From Octopus sinensis (Eukaryota): a stretch of 64,000 nucleotides of DNA. Location of the stretch: assembly GCF_006345805.1 (NCBI RefSeq), contig NC_042998.1, positions 31,434,001-31,498,000 of the forward strand, read 5' to 3'. The notes beneath the pieces are model-generated. The model was not told the DNA's origin and did no database searches. It saw only the letters and a list, made by a program, of their open reading frames with translations. The position numbers and the translations under genes were made by a program. Within the stretch, counting starts at the first letter, position 1; every line of letters starts with the position of its first letter. Positions 1 through 12,511 of this stretch are shown piece by piece.

Positions 1-130
1 CCACCCACTGCCGGAACCTCTTGGAGCTTTAAGTGCTTTCCTTCAATAAACACTCACAACGCCCTGTCTGGGAATCGAAATCGCGATACCACGACCGCTG
101 CCCTAACCACTGGGCCATTTCGCCTCCACA
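1..130 (-). mobile_element. SINE family C, tRNA-like 5' head (cut by window start)
   Basis: Reverse complement reads GGAGGCGAAATGGCCCAGTGGTTAGGG...GATTTCGATTCCCAGAC (A and B boxes); homologous to 63484-63620. Confidence 0.85.
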
Positions 131-1733
131 CTCTTGAGATAGAAAATATCTGTCATAACAAATAATAAAGAGAATAGATGTCGAATCCGTGAGTCGTGCA
201 GGAAAGATACACATTGGATTGCCTGAGAATTCTACTAAAATACTCACATACAGAAGGAAGTGTAATGCAACGTGCTTTTGGAAAAATGGTTTTAAAAAGA
301 CAGAGATGAAAGCTACTGCCACAAAGGAAAAGAACTGCGAACTTCGTGCGGCTGAAAACATCGCGATGTTGATTTAAGGATGTTGAGCATAGCGTGGATA
401 GCAATGTCAGGTGTATGCTGTTCGAGCTCTATCAATATTAATCACAAGGCAAAATCTGGAAATTTTCATTGCTTCAGAGCTTACGCATCATCTCTCAGCT
501 TGTGCTTACTTTTATTCAATTATATTTATTCATCCACTATCAAGAATTTATGTGTTAGCTGACTATATAATAGTCAATGATGGAAATCTCAATGCAATTA
601 AATTCTGTATGTTATTATCGAATAATTTTTATCATGCTTGATGTGCTGTTGCGGTTTATCACAAGAGATACGCATTCCCAAAACACTTAGACTGATTTAA
701 TCAAATAATATACCATGAAGGCATGGTGGCATCTCAGTAACTGGCACCAGTGAAAAGTAAAAGATGCTTTTTAAAAATCACTGATTTTAGAATCTAAATA
801 AAATATTTATTCTAAATAATTAAGTATCATCCACTAAATTGTAAGAAACGGATATTCACTTTTAACGTTACAGAATAATGCAGCAAAATACATTGCCAAG
901 CAAAGGAAATATTGGAATGTTGAATCTCCAGTAGATTTAAATGCTTATTATGAAGTTTCTATCAAGTGATCCTACGTGATTTCTGCAAAAACAGGGAAGC
1001 CTCTTAGAATTGAATGTTATCACGAACGGAGATAATTGAAGAATCACTTAGGGGAAATAAAACAGATACGAATTGAACGAAATATTTTTAGTTTACTTCA
1101 TAATAAGATTGTAATTAAATATATCTTGGAAAAGACAAGATGCTATGATTTCTAATCGTTTGTCATTTTCATAATTATATGAATAAATTCATGGCTCAGA
1201 GGAGTGAATAAAATTGCGCGTAATGCAATTATTCAGAGTATTGTTCCAACGTTTCAGACATTTTGTTTGCCCTGAATGTTACTTAACAATATGTAAAACA
1301 GCTAAGCATAAACAGCAAAGGTAATTTTATATTTTCGTCTTTTACGCGCATCAAGAAAGAGAATTAGGAGTTTCATTTCTCAAGAATTGAAATTCAATAA
1401 AATAAGCCGAATATTTTATAATGATGACAAATCTAATTTTCACAAAAGTAGATTATTGAGGAGCTAATGAAAGAATCATTTTTAATAACATGGCAGATAA
1501 ATAAGAAACGTTACCATTAGGGAAGCTTTAACATTATACATACATCCTGTCATGCATGCACACACACATACATGCATACACACACATACATACATATATA
1601 CATACATCCTGTCATGCATGCACACACACACCACTGAGTCGACAACACCATGGGACTTTGTTAGACTGTTGGTCACAATGCGCTTTTTGTAGTGTTGTAG
1701 CTTCGAAATGATGCTACCCTGCTGGCGAACGGA

Positions 1734-1737
<4 letters not shown>

Positions 1738-1800
<63 letters not shown>
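1738..1800. repeat. (TA)n microsatellite
   Basis: Perfect TA run. Confidence 0.98.
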
Positions 1801-1801
<1 letters not shown>

Positions 1802-1804
<3 letters not shown>

Positions 1805-2160
1805 TGAGGGGAAATAATATTCGTACATGTCAAAATTATTTATTTAATTTTTAATGAACATTATGGGATATGCCAATACTATATTTACATACAGATGCAT
1901 AAACTAAGAATATGCAAAAGAAACTAATAAATTATAGGAACTAAGGAATTTATATACAATTATATATATTTAGGGGTGAAAAAAGTATTCGTACAGAATA
2001 CATTTATGATTTTCTATGCCAGAAAATATTGTTAAAACAATATTTTCTTACTAGAACTATCTCATTTGTTTCAATAATCTTATCAGTTGTCATTTTTAAG
2101 TGTCAAAACGCTAGCTTCTTCATTCAGCACCGAGACAACATAAAGTAGTATCGTAATAAT
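1802..2160 (+). mobile_element. Tc1-like IR/DR transposon end (truncated)
   Basis: TA|CAGTG start; motif GGGGAAATAATATTCGTACA (about 1807-1827) recurs as GGGGTGAAAAAAGTATTCGTACA (1973-1995), the outer/inner DR layout of IR/DR Tc1 elements; no partner end found. Confidence 0.55.
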
Positions 2161-2164
2161 TGTT

Positions 2165-2533
2165 GTGGGGAAAAAAGAGAAAGAACATCTATAATAATCG
2201 ACATAGCTTGCTCCGGTGATAACAGGATCAATGTGAAAGAAGAAGAAAAAACTAACAACTATGGTGATTTGAAGTGGGAAATAAGAAGGTTGTGGTCAAT
2301 GAGGAAAGTAGACGTGTTACCAATAGTAATAGGTGTACTTGGAAGTATCAGCGCTCAACTTCCAGCATGGCTGACAAAAACTGGTACAAAAATCAGCGTT
2401 ACTTGCAACTGCAACATTTCTTTGCAGGGTTCTTGAAGAATGACCAGTAAGCAAAGCGTCACCTTAGTCTGCTGGCTGTGGACAGCTGACACTTCCCATT
2501 ATAACCAGGAAAATAAGATGTAAGTTTTCATCA
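2165..2533 (+). mobile_element. R4/Dong-like RLE LINE 3' fragment
   Basis: IIDIACSGDNRINVKEEEKTNNYGDLKWEIRRLWSMRKVDVLPIVIGVLG matches the restriction-like endonuclease C-terminus; ends in a GAT/AAT repeat. Confidence 0.85.
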
Positions 2534-2561
2534 AATGATGATAATAATAATAATAATAATA

Positions 2562-2599
<38 letters not shown>

Positions 2600-2613
2600 A
2601 ATAATAATAATAA

Positions 2614-2870
2614 GCCTGATTCCAGGCTTACCATCCCTACAGGAAGTGCAAAAAATCGTATTAACTGGAACGGCTCATGTACTGAGAAGAGCACTATCGC
2701 TGTGAAAATAACATCCATCCATGAATTTATTTATTTATTAATTTTTAAATGCATATTTTATCTGTGAATTTGCGCGTGTAATCTGGGAATGCATACAATG
2801 CCCTTCTCTGCCCTAGGTGTATGGAAAACACTCGGCGAGAAACAGAAGAAAATTTGAAGATAGAAGGAAA
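2614..2870 (+). mobile_element. R4/Dong-like LINE extreme 3' fragment
   Basis: LIPGLPSLQEVQKIVLTGTAHVLRRALSL* plus 3' UTR, flanked by (AAT)n. Confidence 0.8.
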
Positions 2871-2896
2871 ATAATAATAATAATAACAATAATAAT

Positions 2897-3368
2897 GAGA
2901 TAGATAATAGGAAACCAAACATAGTCTTAATTGAGAAAGAAAACAAACTATGCTGGATCATAGATATAGCATGCCCAGCTGACAACAATGTATGCGATAA
3001 GGAAGAAAGAAAAGTCGAGAGATATGATTGATTGATTGATTCTAGTTTCAGCTCACGAGCTGTGGCCATGCTGGGGCACCGCCATTATGACAGGTTAGCT
3101 TGGGAAGTTAGCAGTTGTGGTTGATGAAAAGGGTAATAGTATTACCGATAATTGTCGGAACCCTGGGAACAGTGAGCAAAAATCTTGAGAAGTACGTGGA
3201 ACAAATAGGGGCTGCAATAAGGGTGGAGCACTTGCAGAAAACAGTACTGCTTGGAACCGCTCGAATACTCCGGAATGTGCTCGAAAAATAAGAGGTGTTA
3301 CCTTAGTTCACTAGTAGTGAACAGCTGACACTGTAGTACATCTCCAGCGTTAGAAACTGTGCAAAGGC
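2897..3368 (+). mobile_element. R4/Dong-like RLE LINE 3' fragment
   Basis: NRKPNIVLIEKENKLCWIIDIACPADNNV and QKTVLLGTARILRNVLEK*; microsatellite flanks; interrupted by a 58-bp insert. Confidence 0.85.
3028..3085 (-). mobile_element. 58-bp tail-only copy of a CR1/L2-type LINE 3' end
   Basis: Reverse complement ATGGCGGTGCCCCAGCATGGCCACAGCTCGTGAGCTGAAACTAG(AATC)n matches the LINE tail at 40229-40272; TATGA repeated on both sides (3023-3027, 3086-3090). Confidence 0.75.
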
Positions 3369-3369
3369 A

Positions 3370-3416
<47 letters not shown>

Positions 3417-3439
3417 AATAATAATAATAATAGTAATGA

Positions 3440-3597
3440 TCGTTTCTACTAAAACTGAAATTTGGTGGGAGGGGGCAATCGACTACAGTCCTTGACGGGT
3501 ATTTATCGACACCGAGAGGATGAAATGCAAAGTTGACCTCAGCGGAATCTGAACCCAGAACTTAAAAACGGACGCAATGCCAGTAAGTATTTTATCA
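3440..3597 (-). mobile_element. SINE family A, degenerate
   Basis: GGATGAAATGCAAAGTTGACCTCAGCGGAATCTGAAC core shared with other family A copies. Confidence 0.7.
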
Positions 3598-4619
3598 TAG
3601 GTTTACTTGGTCTAGGTTGACCTGGGGATAAGCAACCACTAGCTGCTTGCATATTTTTCTGCTACTAGAATAACCTCTACTCGTCGTAGGCCGGCAAACG
3701 TTTGATAATATTGCCTCTTTTGCCTGTATGCAGATTGGTTAGATGAGAAAGAAGGAAAACATAAATTTCAATACTCGAATACCCGCTTGTATTCATTTAG
3801 ATTTTATCTTCTCTCTAACATCTATGTTTCCAAAATTCACTTTGCATTCAATATAGAGAAACGTGTAAATAATATATTAAGGCAATATGAGCTAGAAAAT
3901 GATAAAGCTTAAATTGTCTGCGTAAATTCACATACTACTCAGAAAGGACACTTCCGAAATGAATTGTTCTTCGACCTCAACTGCAATAAATTTTGAGAGA
4001 ATGCAACTGAAACTGGTGCGAAGTCATAACTGTATGAGGAAAGAAAAGAGTCTAAATGCAAAGTTCAAATATGGAGATAAGTGACAGGCTGAAGGGAACA
4101 GGCTTCGATTCTGGGAAACATCAGTTTCGAAATCAACCACCTACCGTTCTCTTCTTCTTCATAGGTATTTATAAGATTTCTTGCAAGTCCAAGTCTGATA
4201 AACCATTGATTAGTTTATTCTATTACATTTATAGTCGGAGTAAATCGCTCTCAGCGTCAATATTCATAAATGAATCAGTAGGTCTAAGGTCACTTTGTAG
4301 TTGCTTGTAACTGAAGGCGATGGATCAAAGTATACAAATGCAGTGATTCTGCTACGTACGAATACATACAACCTCGTAGATTACGATAAAGTACAAACTA
4401 ATAAGCACACAATGCACTACAATGCAACATGTATTAATCTATCTACCTATATGTTCACACGCACGCACACACACATGCATACATATGTGTAGAGAAACTA
4501 TCCTTCACTTCCCCTCTCTCTGTGCACGTACATACACAAACATATTATATGTACAGAATATCAAAACTTCGATATATTTAAAATATGAGGAACATTTAAT
4601 TTCTTAGAATTCAATCAAC

Positions 4620-5450
4620 ATATCTGAGTGGAAATGTCTGTTGACTCGAGCAAACGAGAAAGGTGAATAATATAAGCAATGGTTAGGGAATATTGACGGA
4701 TAATGTTGATTAAATATGAATAGGTTGTTTTTCACCACATATATGTGTATACACTGTCTGTCTGAAGACCATTCTGTGGTGTGGTTGAAACAGTTACAGT
4801 ATTAATTGGTTAGTATACTTCTCAGACATCTTCTGGCTATTTTACAGCGTGTGCATGTGAGAAATTTTTTTCTACGGCATTAGGCTGAAAACAAACTATC
4901 CTGATATGAAAGTAGGGGACAAAAAGATGAGAGACAAACAAGAATACAGATATATTTAGAAGAAAGGAAACAGAGGGGAGGGATGAGGAGGAGAGAGAAG
5001 GGATATATTCGACTGGGTTTCCTGTAAGGGGCCGTCCTTTTGGTGGGTGGGGGGACCTTATCTTGCAGCGTACTGAAGCAGTTTCTTTGGCAAAGTTAAA
5101 GCTTTCCATATATCATTTAATGTACGCTATCTCACTGGATGGAATATTATTTTGTTGACCCTACCTCGTATCAGGATATTGTATCAAATTTTAGTTATAT
5201 CGAGGTTTCGATACTCTGCACATACACTATGTTCGTGAAGTTTTTTCTTCTCTAGATTTCTTCGTTTCCCTTTCTGACGAAGAGCTATTCTCGAAACGTT
5301 AAAACCCTTCTCTTCTTTCTACCGTTCCCGAGCGCTAAACTAATACATTCCATGTATACGTCCTCTTATTTTGTTATAGCTTTTTTTAATGTTCGATCGT
5401 TTGTTCAGGTTGTGATATTAAATTTGGTTGTATCTATCTATTTAAAATAT
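4620..5450 (+). mobile_element. Probable Penelope-like element (PLE) remnant / pseudo-LTR region
   Basis: 5250-5400 is homologous to 43600-43775 (CTGACGAAGAGC..CTCGAAACGT..AAACCCT..GAGCG); two hammerhead-like motifs; no intact RT or GIY-YIG ORF, so class is inferred. Confidence 0.45.
5271..5303 (+). ncRNA. Minimal type I hammerhead-like motif (extra-A core, GUU triplet)
   Basis: TTT-CTGACGA-A-GAG(CTATT)CTC-GAAA-CGTT-AAA; weak stems, probably decayed. Confidence 0.45.
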
Positions 5451-5715
5451 AAACATAAAAATATATATAATACACACACACAGAGTCCCATATTGTTTAC
5501 TATTTCGTGTTCGAACCTTCTGTGTAATATGCTGTGCAAATATCTTCTATTAATGACAGGTTGACGGATATTGTGGATTCGAACGCACAAGAGTAAACAA
5601 GAGAGACAGAGACAGGCAGAAACAAGGAAAATGCCACTTGTATTTGAACACTATACAAATATTCTTTTAAAAAACTTTTCTTTTAATTTTTCGAAAATTT
5701 AATTGTTTTCCATAC

Positions 5716-5757
5716 TTACAGTTGAAAAGGTCTCAATGACTGAAACCGGTACTGAAA
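5716..5757 (+). ncRNA. Minimal type I hammerhead with U3-A8 core variant
   Basis: CAG-TTGAAAA-GGTC(TCAAT)GACT-GAAA-CCGGTA-CTG; palindromic ACCGGT stem III; GUA triplet. Confidence 0.55.
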
Positions 5758-6312
5758 AGTTTTTTATAAAATTATTTTAGCATTTTCTACCTTGACTTTT
5801 TTTCCATATAGATCAATTCATGTGTTCCTTTTCAACCTTCTACACATACGCGCACACACACACGCACACACACATATTTATCTTTATACCATAATTTTAG
5901 GTTTGGCTTATTTATATTTATTGTTTTAATTCTTGTTTCCATTGTTTAATTTTGGTCTATTTATCTTGTAATTCACATCTTTGATTTTTATTTCACATGC
6001 TGTATTTAGTATTTCTATGTCTTACGACTAATTGAATCTACAGGTTACTCAGTATAGAGAAAATGTTAAAAATAGAATATGATATAAGACAATGGGGAAC
6101 TGAAGATGAACCAGCATCGTTTTCAAAGACAATCACCTGATGAGGTGTTGGTACATAGCTGCTAGGGATTCATATTAATTTATTTTTAAATATTTATACA
6201 ATAGTATGATATGGAAACTCATCAACTAACATCTATTACCAAGATACAGAAACAATTGTTGTGGTTTGTGATTAAAGTCTGTTCATTCCATCTTGTTGCT
6301 TTATAAATGTTT

Positions 6313-6795
6313 ATACATACATACATAAATAAATACATAATTCATACATACCTATATACATACATACATACATACATACATAATTCATACATACATACAT
6401 ACATACATACATACATACATACATACATACATAATTCATACATACATACATACATACATGCATACATACATACATACATACATACATACATACATACATA
6501 ATTCATACATACATACATACATACATACATACATACATACATACATACATACATAATTCATACATACATACATACATACAACATACATACATACATACAT
6601 AAATACATACATAATTCATACATACATACATACATACATACATACATACATACATACATACATACATACATGCATACATACATGCATACATACATACATA
6701 CATACATACATACATACATACATACATACATGCATACATACATGCATACATACATACATACATACATACATACATACATACATACATACATACAT
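6313..6795. repeat. (CATA)n microsatellite, about 480 bp, with recurring CATAATT interruptions
   Basis: Seen directly. Confidence 0.97.
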
Positions 6796-7003
6796 AGATG
6801 TGTAAAGATAAGGATTCATATTGTTTGACGCTGCTACTAAGTTTCGTACCGGAAACATGAAGGCGAAATGTGTTGGAAATCCATAAATTATGTTTCTTTA
6901 AATATATTCTGAGATGTGCGGCTTTGTTTCTATTTCTAATGTCAATTCGAGTTCATTCTAACATAGATACACACATATACAAATATACCTATGTATATGT
7001 GCT

Positions 7004-7009
<6 letters not shown>

Positions 7010-7090
<81 letters not shown>

Positions 7091-7124
7091 CATCTGTACC
7101 TATCTATATATATATACATATACA

Positions 7125-7177
<53 letters not shown>

Positions 7178-7184
7178 GTACCTA

Positions 7185-7271
<87 letters not shown>

Positions 7272-7321
7272 ATATATAGCATTATTAAATCTCTGAACGA
7301 GATGGCTATTATACTTTACAT

Positions 7322-7408
<87 letters not shown>

Positions 7409-7430
7409 ATATATATATATGTACATATGT
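7010..7430. repeat. Compound (TA)n microsatellite
   Basis: Seen directly. Confidence 0.95.
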
Positions 7431-8087
7431 ATATATGTGTGTGTGTGTATTTGTAAAAATACAGACACAGATTATTTCTTACACACATGTATTCATGTAT
7501 ATATATACATGCGCATGTAGATATAAGCGTGTGCTATCGTATGTGATATTGGTTATTGTATCTTTTAAAAGATAAATTATTTATTTGAGAAATTTTCTTT
7601 AGCATGCGATACAGTATTGACAATATGCACAACATCGCTATTAACGCCGTTAGATTTTGTTTATTCGAACCGATAATGTAAGGCTCCAGGTAAAATCTAG
7701 TTTCAATTGATATATTCAATAGATTGCAATATTAGTGTATTGCTCTAAATTTCAATGCACTTTCTTAATGTTTGCTTCAACATTGTCAAACTGCAGAGGT
7801 TGAGTAAATAGAAGATTGCGACCATAATAGGAGGATAATACCACCACCATCGTCGTAATGGTGGTGCTGATCGTCGTCGTCATCATAATCGTTGTTGTCG
7901 CTCTCATCATCATCACCACTTATTTTTTGATATCGCTTTATTTAATATTCTCTGCTGGGTGTCAAGTAGATACCTAGGGTAGGAGCTGCCGTATAAAGGT
8001 AATATTTCCCAGTATAATGTAGCTGTAAAATGTTATAAAATTAATTTAGACTCAGTATATAGAAATTTGAATATTAAGGTATTAAAA

Positions 8088-8121
<34 letters not shown>

Positions 8122-8124
8122 GTA

Positions 8125-10214
8125 ATTTAGTATTTATTATTCGATTTTACACAGATTAAAATTTTACGTAAAATTTGAACAATCCTGCTGAGTACGATGT
8201 TTTGGATTTCATAAATGACGGTTTTACCAAGGATGTTTTTAAGAAACTCATTTAGGCCTTTCTTTATAACACTAAATACGCCAATTACAGCTGCAGTGGT
8301 TCGTGTCTTCAGGTGCCACATTCTACAACTCTAGGTCTTCGTACTCTTAAGCAGTTACATTTTTGTCAGATGATATAGCCATGTCAATGTTTAGACATGT
8401 TTTATTTTGAAAAATCTTAAATGATAATATCAGGCCAATTGGCAATTATGGTGCGGTTTGCGTGGACTGTACAATACCATAACAGCCCATAAAATTGCTT
8501 CTTTTGCTTCGATCACTGACAACGTATGGTATTCATATAAATTTTTAACAAGCTCTAGACCATTAGTTTGCATAATGTTCAGTGAAGCTGTTAGACAACC
8601 TGATCATGCCTAGTATTATATTCAGTTGGAGCCAAGGTGGAGATCCCCGAAATTATATGGTTTTATGTCTTCACTTATTCGTCATAAATTCTATCATACA
8701 TTTTGTGTCTCTTCCAGTTTAGAGAATGTCTGCTTGTAAGTTTCTAGTGAACATGCTCTGGTGTTGGGTAGCAAGGCTAAATTCCACAGTTTTAGCATTG
8801 TACCTATTTCTTTACTACCCACAAGGGGCTAAACATAGAGGGGACAAACAAGGACAGACATAGGTATTAAGTCGATTACATCGACCCCAGTGTGTAACTG
8901 GTACTTAATTTATCGACCCCGAAAGGATGAAAGGCAAAGTCGACCTCGGCGGAATTTGAACTCATAAGGTAACGGCAGACGAAATACCGCTAAGCATTTC
9001 GCCCGGCATTCTAACGTTTCTGCCAGCTCGCCGCATTGTACCCTGAGCTTCTCGGCCACTGATGGAATCTGTGTTTTGTCAACATCAGCTTCATGGGTGC
9101 GAAGGGATATTTTCCATGCAGAGGTCCTTGTTACTATCTGTCTTTCAGATTTCTAAGTCAGTCAGACTACTTTATTTTTTGTGGAGTCTGTCTTGCTCGT
9201 TAGTAAGTCAGTTTATTTTGCAATTTCAATGTTGCTGATTCATAGTTTCTCTTCGTTTCTTCTCTGCGTTTTTCATTATGGAGTGGTGCATGTTCTTGTA
9301 TTCGTGGTCTTTTACTAGAATCATTATACAATATCTGGTTTGAATATGCTTGGAGGATACTCGTGGTAATTTTATAGGATAATTTAAGTTGGATGAAACC
9401 TCTTCCTTTTCTCGACAGATAGAAACGCTCGATATCTGCCTTGGGGTTGTATTTTGTTTTTCGCAATGTGAGGTTTGCGTGTTGTTTTCTTGTATCCTTT
9501 CCCTGAAGATCCAATAGATGCCATTGTTGAAACCATATTGCACAACAGGTACAGCTAAGTCGTTGATCTCTTCGTTGCGATTTTTAGAGTTGAGCTTCGT
9601 TTTTTAGGATCCTTGGTTAGTGCCATGTGCATTTCTGTAAGTGTATTTAACCAATAATTTTGGGGATTTTATCTCTGCTTGGTGACAAGTTCCAATCGTG
9701 TTTTGCAAAGGATCTGCCTTCTTCCACTTCAACTTCTACCCATTATTGCTATTTCACACCTTTTATCCTTTCATTTCACATGGTAACTCAACTTGTTTCC
9801 TCATTATCTTTTAGGGTTACGAGATGTTCTTCCAAAATTTCTCAACTTCAGACACTCCACATTAGATGGATCTTTTATTTCTATTGATTGTTTCCCCATT
9901 TCTCTGCGAAATTTCTTTACATCTGTTTGGAAAACCTTGTTCTGTCTTAGAATTTACCCCTTTTTTGTTTTTCATATCTTCTAGCACATTGTGCTTTGTA
10001 TGCGTTGTTTCAATGTCTCTTTGATGGAAGGGAGATGTTATTCCTCTGTTATTTTGTATTTCCTTCTAACGTTTCTTGCTTTTCTAGTTTTGACATTTAT
10101 TCTTTTCAAAAACTCGTCACCAAACGACAATTCCCCACTTTTCTTTTTATTTCGTTTTGGATTTTGGCTTTCTACCTTGCTTGTTTTTTTTCTTGAAGTC
10201 CAATTTGTTTGCTC

Positions 10215-10215
<1 letters not shown>
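8125..10215 (-). mobile_element. Degenerate R4/Dong-like LINE (late RT to RLE), interrupted by a SINE
   Basis: Frameshifted motifs YNPKADIERFYLSRKGRGFIQL, LHGKYP, HIISG..LAPTEYNTRHDQV, EAILW, NWPDII, EIQNIVL..QILRKIL. Confidence 0.8.
8805..9032 (-). mobile_element. SINE family A, full length, with TSD
   Basis: Head GCGGCGAGCTGGCAGAAACGTTAG, B box GAGTTCAAATTCC; TSD GCATTGTACC at 8795-8804 and 9033-9042. Confidence 0.92.
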
Positions 10216-10252
<37 letters not shown>

Positions 10253-10265
10253 TGATAATAATAAT

Positions 10266-11290
10266 ACTCTCGTTAGCGTACGGGAGTATATCAACAGCGA
10301 AAGAAGAAACATGGCAGAATATTTGGTAAACTGCAAACAAGACCTGTTATAGTATGCTGCTAATGCAGAAGGATTTACCAAAAATAGACTTGACAGTTCT
10401 CATGAATTCTGATCACGAATAGACAAGGAGAGAGAAGAAACTCTACTCCGCATGGAATTGCTTGGTCAGTTCCACTGTGAAACTAACAAATTAAAAGATC
10501 AGGAAGCATCATGGAAGTTGCTCAGTAAAGATAACCTAAAAAAGAAGACTGAAGCCTAATAATTGCTGCCCAGGATCAGGCATTGAATACCAACTCGGGG
10601 AAAAGGAATATATACCACCACACGAGTGCAACGAACCTCTGCAGAATGTGTGGGAGGAGGGTCGAAAGCGTGATTCACAATGTGAAAGTCTTGTGCAGAG
10701 AGAGTACAAGCGCAGACATGGCAAGGTAGCCCAAAACCTTCACTGCCTACTATTATACCGGAAGTATGGATACGAGGTAACGGGTGCTTGGTACCAACAT
10801 ACACCGGAAAAGGTAATGAACGGGAAAGTGGAAGGCAAAAATCCTCTGGGACTTTTGACTTCCAGTCAGACAAGGTGTGAGAGCACCGAAGGCCGGATAT
10901 AGTAACCTTCAGGAAATACAAACAAGAGTGCTTAATGATCGACGTGACAGTGCCATATTATCATGAAAGAAAGAGAAAAAGATTGATGACTATGGAGACC
11001 TGGGAATTGAGATTGCCAAGATGTGGCAGCTACAAGAGTCAAACATAAAAGTTGTCCCTGTTGTGATTGGAACATTGGATTCAACCTGAAGAAACATCCC
11101 GAAATGTTAGAAATACCCTACAATCTAGGAGTATTATAAAAATCGGCATCACTTGGAACAGCATGCATATTGCGTAAAGAACCGTCTGTCTGAGGTCTTT
11201 GTTGTGACGTGACGGGTAGTAAAAACCCCCGTAGACACAATGTCTTCAATGAACAAAATCACGACATTGGATTTTGTGTGACGTCTTAGA
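10266..11290 (+). mobile_element. R4/Dong-like LINE 3' fragment, tandem copy 1
   Basis: IIAAQDQALNTN, CRMCG, YKRRHGKVAQNLH, WYQHTPEKV, KSASLGTACILRK with frameshifts; AAT flanks. Confidence 0.88.
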
Positions 11291-11347
11291 TAATGATGAT
11301 GATGATGATAATAATGATAATAATAATAATGATATAATAATAATAAT

Positions 11348-12373
11348 ACTCTCGTTAGCGTACGGGAGTATATCAACAGCGAAAGAAGAAACATGGCAGA
11401 ATATTTGGTAAACTGCAAACAAGACCTGTTATAGTATGCTGCTAATGCAGAAGGATTTACCAAAAATAGACTTGACAGTTCTCATGAATTCTGATCACGA
11501 ATAGACAAGGAGAGAGAAGAAACTCTACTCCGCATGGAATTGCTTGGTCAGTTCTACTGTGAAACTAACAAATTAAAAGATCAGGAAGCATCATGGAAGT
11601 TGCTCAGTAAAGATAACCTAAAAAAGAAGACTGAAGCCTAATAATTGCTGCCCAGGATCAGGCATTGAATACCAACTCGGGGAAAAGGAATATATACCAC
11701 CACACGAGTGCAACGAACCTCTGCAGAATGTGTGGGAGGAGGGTCGAAAGCGTGATTCACAATGTGAAAGTCTTGCGCAGAGAGAGTACAAGCGCAGACA
11801 TGACAAGGTAGCCCAAAACCTTCACTGCCTACTATTATACCGGAAGTATGGATACGAGGTAACGGGTGCTTGGTACCAACATACACCGGAAAAGGTAATG
11901 AACGGGAAAGTGGAAGGCAAAAATCCTCTGGGACTTTTGACTTTCAGACAGACAAGGTGTGAGAGCACCGAAGGCCGGATATAGTAACCTTCAGGAAATA
12001 CAAACAAGAGTGCTTAATGATCGACGTGACAGTGCCATATTATCATGAAAGAAAGAGAAAAAGATTGATGACTATGGAGACCTGGGAATTGAGATTGCCA
12101 AGATGTGGCAGCTACAAGAGTCAAACATAAAAGTTGTCCCTGTTGTGATTGGAACATTGGATTCAACCTGAAGAAACATCCCGAAATGTTAGAAATACCC
12201 TACAATCTAGGAGTATTATAAAAATCGGCATCACTTGGAACAGCATGCATATTGCGTAAAGAACCGTCTGTCTGAGGTCTTTGTTGTGACGTGACGGGTA
12301 GTAAAAACCCCCGGTAGACACAATGTCTTCAATGAACAAAATCCCGACATTGGATTTTGTGTGACGTCTTAGA
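11348..12373 (+). mobile_element. R4/Dong-like LINE 3' fragment, tandem copy 2
   Basis: Near-identical to 10266-11290 at offset 1082-1083. Confidence 0.88.
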
Positions 12374-12465
12374 TAATGATGATGATGATGATGATAATAA
12401 TAATAATAATAATAATAATGATGATGATGATGATGATAATAATGATAATGATGATGATCATGATC

Positions 12466-12511
<46 letters not shown>

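Noticed and set aside
140-1400. Possible decayed DNA-transposon coding region (Cys/His-containing fragments)
   Set aside because: No diagnostic motif or termini could be fixed by eye; needs a translated profile search.
6128-6150. ACAATCAC-CTGATGA-GG, a possible hammerhead 5' half
   Set aside because: No stem II closure, GAAA or complementary stem I arm downstream.
6307-7520. Long ORFs of YI/HT/CV/MYV repeats here and at 17.6-19.2, 28.4-29.1, 47.3-47.8 and 55.1-55.8 kb
   Set aside because: Translations of stop-free microsatellites; no coding signal.
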